64,000 nucleotides of DNA, taken from NCBI RefSeq assembly GCF_006345805.1, contig NC_043002.1, forward strand, positions 83,390,001 through 83,454,000, written 5' to 3'. The number at the start of each line of letters is the position of its first letter. The first letter of the stretch is position 1. This DNA is from Octopus sinensis (lineage: Eukaryota). The notes under the pieces were generated by a model. It was not told the DNA's origin. It saw only the letters and a program-made list of their open reading frames with translations, and made no database searches. This document shows positions 50,296 through 63,470 of this stretch, piece by piece. A program made the position numbers and the translations under genes.

Positions 50296-50839
50296 GGCGG
50301 GCAACAGCTTGGATGGTGGCGCCTGAAAAATAATATAACCATTAAAGTAATTTCAAAATGTGCAGTGAGATTGTATGTCTGTGTGTGTGTACTCTTAATG
50401 ATTGATGTTAATTTCTACTTTTACCTAAATAACCATGTTTAAAACTCTTTTTTAGATAAATGTTATGAACAATAATGTATGTAAATGTCAGAGGAGTTAG
50501 TGTTAGAAACAAGGTTAATGTTAGTAAGTTGATCTGAAAATTTTCTTCAGTTGTTGTTGCTGTGTGAACAACAACAACAACAACATTAAAAAAATATTTA
50601 GGAAAAACAAACAAACAAACAAACAAAGCAGATCAAAAACAAAAACCAGGACTTTCAAAGCATGGAAACTACCAATTAATATATACCAACTGGCAATCTT
50701 CTGTCACTTCCCATCATTACTGCAAGCAGACATAGGGAATGCAAAATGCACTTGCAGTCAGTGCATTGCCAAGCTGACTGCCAAAAAATACTCTTTTACT
50801 TTCTCAGCTGCAGCCATGCATTCTAAAGACACCCACCAA

Positions 50840-51600
50840 CCCATCCACTGACTATTTCCTAAATGCTTATCCATGAACTTCAGACAGTCTTCTTTTTCTC
50901 TCCTATTCAATCAATACAGTTCTATTAACAGCATCTCATTGTCAAGGTCAACACCACTTCAATCTACTTGTCTTCTTCACCTATCCCACTTGTAACACTA
51001 AAAAATTTTCCCTGTCTTACCATTCTTGCTACCTTAGAACCTTCTCTTATTTAATCTCTTATTTTGCCAGTTGCTGAGTTCACTAGATTATTTTCTTACT
51101 TCATTTCTTCAAGCATGTAGGTCTCTCTAACAGTGTGCCCCAGAACCAGATACATATTAAAATTTATAACCATTCATTCTCTACAAAAGCTCACAAATGT
51201 ATACGCCATCTCTAGGAAAAAGAAGCCCTTCTGATCTCGGACTAACAACAATACTAGTTCTCTCACTGCAAACACTTTTAAGTGTTCAAAGCAACCAGTT
51301 CCTTTTACACTATATCAAATCTTTTCTTTTCATTAACAGTCATTAGAATGGCTTCCAAACATATACAAATATTTGTGATCTATTTTCTTATATGACACAC
51401 ATATATAATCTCTAGATTTAGAAAAACCATGATGGAATTAGAGCTGTTGAATTCAATATTATCAAGGTCTCTAGCCAAGCGTAGTATGCCCAAGTCAAAT
51501 CTCACTTCCTATAATTTGTGCTTCAAAGTAATTGTCTGCATTCACTGTTTCCTCACTTGTTACCTACCATAGTCACTTGTATCTGTGTTAACTCTTCAAT
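50840..51600 (-). mobile_element. Very decayed L1/Tx1-like 3' remnant
   Basis: Short matches only (e.g. KVARMVR). Confidence 0.3.
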
Positions 51601-52161
51601 ATTCTCCCTTTCTTTAATTGTTTGATCAGAGGAGGAGAGCAGCAACACATGATTTTTATTTCAAGGTCTCTGAGACTGTTGGGTGTGGGAGAGGAAGTTA
51701 TGCTCAGACTAGAGAGAGAAACTCTTCTTGAGGTGATTGATTAAATCTTCCTCCCAGTAACAGAAGTTGGATGCCACACTGTTTCCATCAACCAAATTTC
51801 ACTTACAAGGTTTTGGTAGACCTAAGGCTAAGATAGAGAACACATTCTCAAAGAACCGGCAAAGTCTGAAACCCATAGTTGCTAAATGAACTTATAACAG
51901 TGTGGCTGTGCCTGCAGCAGTATCAAAGTTTAAACAAAATATAGTCACTCCTTTTGTAAGTAGAAGTTAAATTTTAATATAGATAATGTATTGGACTACC
52001 AGCTAATAAATCTTGTGTTAAAGCTCCAAATCCATTGCAGGCTTTTTATTGTGTATTAGGCAGTGGTTAAGAAGTTTGCTTTGCAATCATGGGATCCTGG
52101 TTTTGATCCTACTGTGTGAGACACCTTGGACAAGTGTCTTTACTTTAGTCTTGGTTTGATC

Positions 52162-52559
52162 TTACTTACTTTCACTTGTGACGTCATTCACCCTGGGCGA
52201 GTTGAGTCGGCTTCTTCCACCACCCTCGAGGCATCTTGAACCATGGCAGTGGAAGAAGTTTCATGGGAATATGAATTTCACGAGCGATCCCCAACAATCC
52301 CGCATGTAGAGACATCCTGTTTGATGCAGATTGTCCGCAGGGACAGAACGACCGAGGAGCCACCGGTTGCCGAAACAGACACTCTGAGGATTTTCACCAG
52401 AGCCCCGTCTGCCGGGTTGTGGCCCTAATATCACTCAGTGTCAGACCAATCCGCCTTGGGTGGCCCTACCAGGAACCGAAGTTCCCGACGGCATAGCTCT
52501 GACACTACCCGTTGCCACCTTCCCCACCACGGTGAGGAGGGGATTGATTTTGGGGAAGC
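52162..52559 (-). mobile_element. Complete bipartite non-autonomous RTE derivative (RTE 5' leader + RTE 3' end) with 12-bp TSD
   Basis: TSD CTTGGTTTGATC at 52150-52161 and 52560-52571. The 5' motif GAGCTATG...CCTGGTAGGGCCACCC is typical of RTE leaders. The 3' part reads IKQDVSTCGI...RVVEEADSTRPG* followed by a CAAGTGAAAGTAAGTAAG tail. It is inserted in an old family A SINE. Confidence 0.8.
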
Positions 52560-53650
52560 CTTGGTTTGATCCAATCCATATAACAAAATTTGGCAAGATG
52601 GATGCTGAGGAAATCCATGAGACAGATTGCACTTACAATTCTAAGGTCCAGCTTTCTTATGTATTGTACCACAACTGATTCAATCAGATCATTATGTGAA
52701 AAGTATATGTGTCTGTGGAATATTCGATCACTTATATGTTAATTTAACTGTCTGGATGCCTAATTGATTGAGAAATTACATGCCCTAGTTTACTAAGCTG
52801 TTGTTACTAAAATGGTATCTGATTGAGACTATTACCTCTTACCTAGAGGTGCAGAGACTGATTTCTTATCTGCATAATACTATTAATCTGTAGCTTAGTA
52901 TGACTCGCTTTAATTCTGAAGAATTACTTTGAATTGTGACTTACCATATCCTGTGATCTCTCTCGAAAGGTTCAGGTTGTGGTAATTTATTCATTTGTTT
53001 TTATGTACTTTTTTCCAAGCTAGTATGGGTTAGACAAATATATTATTTAGGCATGATTTTACAATTAGATGTCCTTGTTGCTTAACCTTCATTTATTTTT
53101 CAAGTAAGGCTTATCTTATTCAACACATCTACTTGGGTGCAAAGACATTGGATGACCTATTGACAGAGGAAATTACAGCAACATAATCTGTAGCTCAATG
53201 GGCTTTTTAGACAATGTAAACACACATAATTGGCTTTGAGTTTCTGTCTAGCAAATCCACTCTCAAGGCATTGGCCAGCTTGGATCCATAGTGGAAGACA
53301 CTTGCTCAAAATGCCACACAGTTGGACTAAACCCTAAACTACATGCTTGTGAACTCTTTAACTACACAGCCATGTCTGTGCTTAGTACTAAAACTAAATA
53401 ATAAAGAACGTAAATTATTTAGGTCTGAACTATTGCTTATTCTCTTTAAGATTGTTATACACTATAGGTGTATAGCAATCTTATATACTGTGGGTGATTT
53501 AAGTCAAAATAGAAGGGTTAATGGAGAATCTTGCCTCTCACAATGGGATTGTCTCTAAAATCCTACTGTTGTTAAATGAACTTTAACAATATGGTTGTCC
53601 CTGCAACCATATCAATATCTAAACAAAGTATAGGCACTCTTTTTGTAGGT

Positions 53651-53990
53651 CGGTCGGGACCCCCTTTGGTCACGACACTGACCATGGGATTGCACCTAGA
53701 AAGTTACCTTCCTAGTCACAAGTCTGGGCAAGGTTGTTTATGGAAGACCAGCAGTCGCCCATGCATACTGGCCTCCCCTCTCCACACCACCAGTGTTATC
53801 CAAGGGAAAGGCAAAGGCCAATACAGCTTGGTACCCATAACGTCGCAAGTCATTTCTACAGCTGAGTTATCTGGAGCAACGTGAGATAAAGTGTCTTGCT
53901 CAAGAACACAACATGCAGCCCGGTCCGGGATTCGAGCTCTCAACCTCATGATCGTAAGCTCGACGCTCTAACCACTGAGCCATGCGCCTT
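53651..53990 (-). mobile_element. Full-length family D SINE with 16-bp TSD
   Basis: TSD CACTCTTTTTGTAGGT at 53635-53650 and 53991-54006; tRNA head AAGGCGCATGGCTCAGTGGTTAGAGCG. Confidence 0.92.
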
Positions 53991-54199
53991 CACTCTTTTT
54001 GTAGGTAGCAGTTAAATATCTGAATAGATAAGGTAATTGGACTACCAGCTGATAAGTCTTGTATTTCATCCCAAAATCCATTACAGGCTTTTTATTGTGT
54101 ATTAAGCAGTGATTAAGAAGTTTGTTTTGCAATCTTGAGGTTCTGACTTTGTTATTGTTTTAATATTTCTGGTACCACATTCCTGTTTGAATCACAGGC

Positions 54200-54700
54200 A
54201 TCTTGAACATAACCATTTAACTTTAAATAGGAAGCTACCCTTCCTCTTCAAGTGGCTACAATTGAGATCTGTTTCATCATGTTGCACCAGGTATCTCTAT
54301 CTCCCATTGGTTTTGGCAGGTCCCCAACTTCATGTTGTGCGTCTACCAATAACATCAATGTCGTTTCAGTATTTGCCATCATCTGTTAGGGTGCAGAAGT
54401 CTCCAAAATATTGCATCCTGTACAGCTCAGTATCTAGCATGATAGCAGTGGATACCAAAGCCTACCCTTTGGTGAGTAACAATAGTAGAGATAGAATTGT
54501 GTTTATGAATCTCCTCTTTGGTCTTTTACTCATACCACGAGATGTTTTGAGTCATCATGAGAAACCTCATGCATATCATCCAAGGCGTTATTGAAGCTCC
54601 TTCATAGTCCATATTTTGGCTCCGTTGACAAGTACTCTCTTTGCACACACCCACAAATATTTCAAAGTCAAAGAAAGCCATTATCCATCCTTTATTGAAA
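54200..54700 (-). mobile_element. Decayed RTE RT C-terminal fragment
   Basis: VLVNGAKIWTMK resembles VLLYGAETWTL; followed by TELY...GRRT-like remnants. Confidence 0.5.
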
Positions 54701-55344
54701 AATTCTTCAATCTCTGCTGCGTCATTGCATTGTTGTTAGAATGTCTGTTTTTACCAAATCATATTTGAAATATCCTAGCTATTCTCCAACTTTACTCCAA
54801 AAGAGACTTTACATAGCTAGAAATAGCAACTAAATCTTTTCTTTATCATACTTACTATTTTAAAAAATAGAAGGAAAGAAACAGATAATGTAGTCCTAGA
54901 TACACTACCTGAAATAAAGACAGGATAGTCAGGCTGGGATATCTATCATTGTAGGTCTGCTCATTCAGAGCTTATCTGCAGCTAATCTTGAACAAAAACT
55001 ATCTATAATATCCATCTGTTGTTATTTCCATTGTACTTTTCTTCCTAAACTTAGCATTGTGTTACTCTCCTTCAACAACTTTTACTGATTTTAAGGTAAA
55101 ACTCTGTCACTGAATATAATAGAAACATGAGTTAAGCTGGGTCTGACTTAACCGTTTCAATAAATATCTAAGATTCCTCTAAAACTCTTCTTTTTTTTTT
55201 TAATAAAATGTATAAAATGTTATAATAGAATTATGGAAATGGCCACAATTGAAATAGATTTGAATGATCACTAGTTCTGTATATTTTAAAATGTAAGTTT
55301 TCATGCTGACATGGGTTAGAGGCAGTGTTTCCCCTAGGCTTTGT

Positions 55345-56375
55345 GCATGTGTGTGCACATGATTTATAAGAAGCTTACTTCCCAACCACATGGATTTGGG
55401 TTCAGTCTACTGCGTGGCACCTTGAGCAAGTATCTTCTATATATAGCGTCGGGCCAACCAAAGCCTTGTGAGTGGATTTGATAAACAGAAACTGAAAGAA
55501 TCCCATTGTGTGTATATGTATGTATGTGTGTGTCTTTGTTTCTGTGTTTGTCCCCCACCACCACTTGACAATTGGTGTTGGTGTGTTTACATCCCTGTAA
55601 CTTAGTGGTTCAGCAATGGAGACTGATAGAATAAGTACTAGCTTTAAAAAAAAAGTCCTGGAGTCAATTTGTTCGACTGAAAAACCTTCAAGGTGATATC
55701 CCAGCATAGCCTTCGTCAAATGACAGAAAGAAGTAAAAGAGTAAAAGAATAAAAATGTTTTCAAGATGAAATTAGATTTTTTTTGTAATTGAAGAAATTT
55801 GAGTGATGGTTATTCACATGGTTGTGCACACAAAGACAACATTTGCACAGTAGTAGCAAATTTCTATGTATGCCCACTGAAGAAAGAATTAGAGGGACAT
55901 TGGTTGGTGGATTTACTTTTGTCAAAGTATTTATGATACGCATGGGCATGGCTATGTGGTTATGAAGTTTGCTTCCCAACCACATAGTTTTTGGTTCAAT
56001 CCTACTGTGGGACACCTCGGGCAGGTGTCTTTCTGGGTTAACCAAAGCCTTGTGAGCGGATTTAAGAGACGAAAACTGAAAGAATCCTGTTGTATATTTA
56101 AATATACATATGTGTGTGAGTGCAAGTGTACATTTGTGTCTCCTTGTCGTGACATTACATGGTAGTTGTAAACGAGTGTCACTGTCATACAAGCAGTGTC
56201 ATCCATTTTCAATATTCTGTGAAAACATGATTAGCCATTGGGAAATATTACCTTGCTTGGAAATAGGTAAGGGTTGGCAACAGGAAGGGCATCCAGCCAT
56301 AGAACATCTGTCTCAATAAACTCCATCTAACTCATGCAAGCATGGAAAGTGATGATTAAAGTAATGATGATGATG

Positions 56376-56425
<50 letters not shown>

Positions 56426-56678
56426 TTCATTAGTGTGTGTGTGTGTGTGTGTGTGTAAATATATATATATATATATATATATGTATATCTTTTACTCTTT
56501 TACTTGTTTCAGTCATTTGACTGCGGCCATGCTGGAGCACCGCCTTTAATCGAGCAAATCGAACCCGGGACTTATTCTTTGTAAGCCCAGTACTTATTCT
56601 ATCGGTCTCTTTTGCCGAACCGCTAAGTGACGGGGACGTAAACACACCAGCATTGGTTGTCAAGCAATACTAGGGGGA

Positions 56679-56732
<54 letters not shown>

Positions 56733-56905
56733 CATATATACGACAAGCTTCTTTTAGTTTCCGTCTACCAAAACTACTCACAAGGCATTGGTCGGCCCGG
56801 GGCTATAGCAGAAGACACTTGCCCAAGATGCCACGCAGTGGGACTGAACCCGGAACCATGTGGTTGGTAAACAAGCTACTTACCACACAGCCACTCCTGC
56901 GCCTA
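55345..56905. mobile_element. SINE cluster: family A (55345-55745 +), chimeric A/C (55945-56375 +), family A (56480-56905 -)
   Basis: Motif similarity; the last copy is full-length. Confidence 0.85.
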
Positions 56906-57093
56906 TATATACACATGCACGCATGCATACATATGTCAATATTCCAGGGTGTGGCAAATTTAAAAGAAGCTATGTATCTGGCCACTTAAAATAAAGTACT
57001 GAAAGACAAGTCTGATAATGAGTAAAATATTCATTAGTTTGCCAAAATATACTTTTCCAAACTAATAATCACAGATTAAATATTCTACATGCA

Positions 57094-57128
<35 letters not shown>

Positions 57129-57365
57129 TTCTCTCTCACACACACACTAAGCAAGCTTCTTGCAGTTTCTATTTACAAAATCCACTCAGAAAATTGAACA
57201 ACCCAAGGCGAGTATAGGCGACACCTGTTCACAGTGCCATGTAATGGGAATGAACGCCACCAAACCACATGAATTCCGATTCTGCTTTACTCTATCAAGC
57301 ACACATTTAACTGTTGTGCGGTAGTACCTGTAGTGAGTGCGCGATTTGAATATAGAGGCACCTAC

Positions 57366-57620
57366 CTTCTCTTCGTAGTGACGGAGACCCTCCAGAGATG
57401 ACTAGTCCTTCCTCACAGCCCCGATCCGAACACTAACGATAGCAGTTGCTAGCCCAAACCCTTAGCGACGTCCTCGCACGTCTTGTCACCTCCACGACCC
57501 ACGTTGGAAAGGGCGATTTCTGCTCCCTGCGCACGCCTGACAGCTGACCCCTTCCGCTTGCCCCGCTTCCGGTCAACGCACCCGGCTGCTGACGTCCAGC
57601 TGCTGACGTCATCCCACAGT
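57366..57620 (-). promoter_or_regulatory. CpG-rich promoter-like island with a putative non-coding first exon on the minus strand
   Basis: Unique GC/CpG-rich island. It contains CRE TGACGTCA (57604-57611) plus TGACGTCC (57590-57597), ETS-like CTTCCGG (57566-57572) and CTTCCGC (57551-57557), and NRF1-like TGCGCACGCC (57528-57537). The minus-strand donor GAAG|GTAGGT follows 57366, and there is no ATG in the putative exon body. Confidence 0.6.
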
Positions 57621-59199
57621 ACCATAACTTGTAACACAGTTTTATCATACATGATATGAACCTCTTTGGTGTGAAGATCATATGGACAAATAACTGTGAC
57701 ATTATTCTTTATTTGGAGTTACAACCTACGACTGTTCAGGTTATTTTACAGTGACTCCAAATAATAATAATAACAATAATAATCATAGTAATAATAATAA
57801 AAGAATGACCACAAAGAACACCACTACACTACATGACTCAGTGTATCTTGATGGGTGTCCTTCTCACATTAATGATTCTGACTTCATGGTTGACTGCTTC
57901 ATTATTTAAGGTCATGAATTTCTATAAGCATGCATAAAAAAGTTCTTGCAATTTATATGTAAATTTCCAAATTTTCAGAGTCATACATTATGGATAGCAT
58001 AGAGTAGAAATACAGAAATATAGGTGTGTGCTTGTTTAAAAGAAAACAAAATGATTTTTTTTGTGAAAATTTTGTTTCAGATTTAGTCATGACTTTCTAG
58101 TTTTTGCATTTATGGTGCAGAGAGAGATAGATAGATAGATAGATAGAGAAAGAGAGAGAGTTCCAAAATCTTTCCCTGTACACAGTGACGCACATAATAT
58201 TTCTTCCACACACACACACAAATACACTAAAAGTTTTGTATTAGCACAAGAGAATGAAGTGAGAGGAAGTCATTATTTGAGGTGGGTGGGACCTATATCA
58301 CTATTGGTCAAAAACTGTAATTGAGCAGCCACTTAAACACAACTCACATAAATACATAGAAAAACTACATTACAAATTCAGATTTCACCTCCTTCATCTT
58401 ATATGTGAAACAAAATTGTTCTTTTGAAGTCCTCAAATAAAAGCAAATAAAATTCACTAATTAGTTGAAAACTGTTAGTAACCTAGTATCGTGTGTGTAG
58501 GTATATATATATATATATATATATATATTAAGAACAATCTTACTTAGAAATGGATGCGTGCGTTCCGTCATATGTGTGTGCGTGTTAGATAATTTAGTTG
58601 AGAATTTAAGTTACAATGATTTTGTCATTTAGAGTAGCAGTTACTAGTAAAACATAACCCAGTATATATAGAAACAGAATTGTATTCAAGTTGTTTGATA
58701 AAACAGGAACACATGGACAACTTTTGAGTTGGTTTAGTCTTCAGAATGTTTTTTTCAATTCAGTAGATAGTGAATTAGGTTTTATATCATTTTGTAACAT
58801 TTCTTTAAAGTATCTCTTTTACTGACTGTTGCTGACCTTTTCTTAAACACAAATACTTCTAAGAGCAGAATAAGAAGGCTGGCACTGTTCATTGTAGTAA
58901 TGCCAGCACTTATAACGAATAGAAATAAAAACATTGTAACAGAAATTTGGGAAAATTAGTAAGGTCATTAAAAGTAAATTATTGCTGAACCAATTAAACT
59001 TGTAATTATTATTTAGTCATTAGACTGCAGCCATGCTAGGGCATTGCCTTCAAGAGTTTTAGTCGTTCAGCTTGATTCCAGTGTGAATTTCTTTTTAAAG
59101 TTCAGTTCTTATTTAGTGTTTTTTTTTTTAATACTTAAGTCATTTCTAAGTTATGGAATATAAACACAGACATTGTTTTTGCTTTTTTTTTTCAAGCCA

Positions 59200-59620
59200 T
59201 CATTATCATCGTTTAACGTTTGTTTTCCATGCTAGCATGGGTTGGACGGTTCAACTGAGGTCTGGGAAGTCAGAAGGCTGCACCAGGCCCAGTCTGATCT
59301 GGCAATGTTTCTACGGCTGGATGCCCTTCCTAACGCCAACCACTCCGTGAGTGTAGTGGGTGCTTTTTATGTGCCACCTGCACAGGTGCCAGACGAGGCT
59401 GCCAAACGGCCACGATCGGATGGTGCTTTTTACGTGCCACCGGCACGGGGGCCAGACGAGGCTGGCAATGGCCACAATCGGATGGTGCATTTTACGTGCC
59501 ACCAGCACGGAGGCCAGTCGGTGCGGCAATGGCAACTGTCACGTTCGGATGGTTCTCTTACATGCCATCGGCACTGGTATCACAGCTACAATTTTCATTG
59601 ATGTTGATCGATTTCGATTT
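59200..59620 (-). mobile_element. Family C retroposon with ~4 internal subrepeats
   Basis: Same as 43470-43830 but with extra GGATGGTGCTTTTTACGTGCCACC units. Confidence 0.85.
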
Positions 59621-60359
59621 TCATTTTCATTTTTTCATATACAAATATTGATATAGACAGATATGAACATGTGCGTGCACGCTCGTGCACACACACACAC
59701 GTACACACACATGCATGATGGGCTTCCCGCTGTTTCTGTCTTGTCACTCACATGGCATTTGTTGATCCATGTCTATAATAACAAGATAGGCCTGAATATG
59801 CACATACATGATCAGGATTAACCAAGAGAAGTCCCTCCTTATCTAGTACTACATTATCCAAAGTCTTTTTCACCTTTTTATAACGTATAAGGTCATGTGA
59901 TTTAAAGAGGATTTAGCTGATATTTCTAGCAAGTCAAATGACTACAAAGAAGCTTCCTTGATGGATCCAAGATTTTAGTTTAGACTGAATCTGAAAGCAC
60001 ATGGCTGGAAAGTGAACAGCTGAACTAAATAGTCATGCTTGTGTCTGTGCATATATAATCACACTGAGTTTGTTGAAACTTAATCTATGTTATAATTTTT
60101 CCCTTTGAAAAGAATTAGTGATAAAAAAAAAAAAAACTAAAAAAAAATTTAATATAAATTGATAAGATGTAAAATTAATTTTATTAAGTAAAAGGCAAAA
60201 TATTAAATGACTATCAGCTAACTTTGTTCCAAAATGCTCGTTAGCAGAGACTAGAAATAAACTCTTGATGAACTTGTGAAACCTGAGCTGTTACATGTGT
60301 TGCTTCTACTTTCAGGCTTTCTCATTAGTCGTTTAAGTTCTTCCTTTTCTACTTGACAG

Positions 60360-61541
60360 AGTTGAAACAGCAATTTCTTACTTGAAAATTTTAATACTGT
60401 ATGTACAAGCGACTGTGTTTCATAAAAGGGTTCTTATTAACTGGTTCAGACATGAATTTAGAACGGGGTTTGTTTAGTTGTTTTGTTTTTGTAAAACATC
60501 AATGCAGATCATAGGTGGTGAGAGTTTTGATGTTTGAATTGTCTATTTTAGCAATTGAAAAAGAATAGAGCACGAATGATATGCTTGGTGTACCATGAAC
60601 ATTCAAGGAATAAACTAAATTTCAATAAGTGTAAGGGGCCTGGAAGTTAAGATATCAAGTGTTATCTGAAGGACTGCATGGAAGACTGAATGCCTATGAC
60701 TACATGGGGAGAATGGATCAGGGGAGGGGGCTGGAGGTAGGGAATAGAAAATTAGTTGAGCAGCTGCTTTACAATTTGACTATGGGATATTGAGATAAGT
60801 TGTGAAAAATGCTAGAGGAAGTAGTAAAAATATGATCTTATATTAGTGCTTTTATAAATTGGCTTGAACAGACAGAATAAACAGTGAAGAGATTGTGCTG
60901 TGATGTTTTCCATTGCTTGTGAAAGCAACATCAAGAAGCACAAAGTAAAATAAAATAACAGGCATCAAAGTAATTATGAGTTTGGATGTGTGATTATGTT
61001 GTTTGCTTCGCAACAGTGCGGTTTGAGGTTCAGTCCTTATGCATGGTACCTTGGAAAAACGTCTTTTGCTATAGTCTTGAGCCAACTGTATGTGTGGGTG
61101 TGTGTGTCCTTGTTTTGATATTTTTGTGCTCTTATTGTAAGAAAAGTCGACATTCATACATAAATGTCCTGCAGTCTTTCATGAAAATGTCTGGGTATTG
61201 AGCTGTTAGTGTTCAAAAGGCTAGGGGAAATATTACCTTGCAGATGAGGGTTGGTGCCTGGAAAAGCATCCAGCTGTAGAAAGTCTGACCCAAGAAACTT
61301 TGTCTAACCCTTACAAACATGGAAATATGGATATTAAAGCAATGATAATAATGATGATGTTTGTCTTTTGATATTTTGATTATGTTCTAAATGATATATT
61401 AGCCCAAGTGAATTAACTGTCTCAACACCATTTACGTTCATGTTTTGTTTATCTGTTTGCAGTGGCTTTTTAAGCAGTCATGGTTCTCTCTCCGGTTCAG
61501 TAGTACCACAGTACAGAAGCAACAAACAGCATCATATTTGA
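60360..61541 (+). CDS. Candidate exon pair 60360-60398 and 61463-61541 (VETAISYLKILI-L-GFLSSHGSLSGSVVPQYRSNKQHHI*)
   Basis: Strong polypyrimidine acceptors, donor |gtatgt and compatible phase 2. No homology recognised. Confidence 0.2.
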
Positions 61542-62234
61542 AGTTAAAGATAGAAGATAATGATTTCTGTATTAGTTAAACCAAATCTTTGTTCAAACCA
61601 ATACCATCTTAAGGACTGTTATGGTTAGTGCACATTACTCCTTAATGGGCATAGGGCCAGTTTCTGAGTTTCTCTGGTATATATATTCCTCCCTAAATGG
61701 GGCCCATTACGGGATTACTCATTTTCACCAGCTGAGTGAACTGGAGCAATGTGAAATTAAGTGTTTTGCTCAAGGACACAATTCTTTGTCTGATCCAGGT
61801 ATCAAAAGCACAATCTTTCGATCATGAGTCCATGCACTTCCTCTTAAGGACTGGGATAATATATATTTCAAGTTTAGGATAGCATACTAAAACAACACTA
61901 CTTCATAATGTTTGTCCAACACACTAGATTTAGTAATAAGGGAAGAGAGTAAACTTAAAGATGCAGTGTTAGTTTTGTCAGTATATTAACTGAGAGGCTA
62001 TTCAATGGTTAACTGATTTTAGGTACAATTTCTACCAGATACTTACAAGCCTTTTAATTCTTGTTGGTTTGTAAAATATCTAAAGTATGATACATTAGTA
62101 TGCCAACATGATTCACACCAACACTAGTCTCCTAGAATCCAAGGGTTTATCGCTTATATAAATTATCTGATTATAAGTATGACTGGATTACATATGCAAA
62201 CACTAAATTGAATTTGTAGCAGGCAACCAAATAT

Positions 62235-62332
<98 letters not shown>

Positions 62333-63274
62333 CCCCTTGGCCACAAATAATGTTGGCTATCAAACAGACCAATACAGGCAATAACAGTTTTTAAACACTT
62401 ATCGTCGCTATTATTTATTTTAACAGAATTTTGAAACCAAAGTGTTTCACTCACTGATGTGGAGCCTGTACAAACATATTTTGTTTACTAAAAATAACAG
62501 TCAAACCTCTCTCAAATTATATTCTCTTACATAAATGCAAGGTACATAAGCTAATCTAATCTAACATTCCTCTAAAAAGACGAGATGGTCATAGTTTGAA
62601 AACATTTGGTCATAAGTCTGCTTGGATAGCCCAGGGTAGCCCAGGAGTTAAACTATGAAGCCTCTACATAGTTGCTAGGCCTATGAGAAATGGCAACCAA
62701 AATCATACCTGACTGTCTTAAAAAAATGAAGGACACAATAAGTGTTGTCCTAAATTTCACCAGTCTACTCAGCTGAAAATGTATTCCAGCCAAGTGCTGG
62801 TGCTGCTCTCTCTTCTTCCAGTTGTCACATGATGTTTTACTGGATCAAAAGTAGGAGAGCTAAGTGGGTATCTGTATCTGCTTGTAAGGACATAGACACC
62901 TAAAACAACTTGGTACAAGCTACAGTGTCATACTTGCTTGCATGTGACAGCTAAGCTTGGCACCTTGGGCAAGTATCTTCTACTATAAGCTCCTGGCCAA
63001 CTAAAGCTTTGTGAATATATTTGGTAGACAGAAACTTTGCTCTGTGTGGGTGTGAGTGAGGCTATGTTTGTGTATCTTGTCTTGACATCACATGATAGTC
63101 ATGAAATGATAGTCACTGTCATATCAGTGTAATGTCTGGCCATGGGGAAATATTACCTTGCATAGAAACAGGTGAGGATTGACAACAGGAAGGACATCTG
63201 TCTGTTGAAAATCTCTGCCTCAATAAACTCTGTCTGGTCCATGCAAGCTTGGAAAGGAGGATATTAAGATGCTG

Positions 63275-63353
<79 letters not shown>

Positions 63354-63384
63354 AGAGAGCAGTCACCATATTTCATTCCATAAC

Positions 63385-63470
63385 GTCTACCTCTGATGAG
63401 CGCAGGGTTACATAATCGGATTACTGCCTAACACTCTGTTGAATCCCTAGCAAAAAGCTGATTGATAAGA
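63385..63470 (+). ncRNA. Degenerate hammerhead-like remnant (Penelope pLTR-type)
   Basis: CTGATGAG followed by an imperfect stem (GC..AGGG/CCCT.GC); the GAAAC box has decayed to CAAAAAG. Confidence 0.25.

Noticed and set aside
52945-53020. Minus-strand ATG...donor (MNKLPQPEPFERDHRI|gtaagt)
   Set aside because: The upstream part is a decayed family C tail; there is no independent support.
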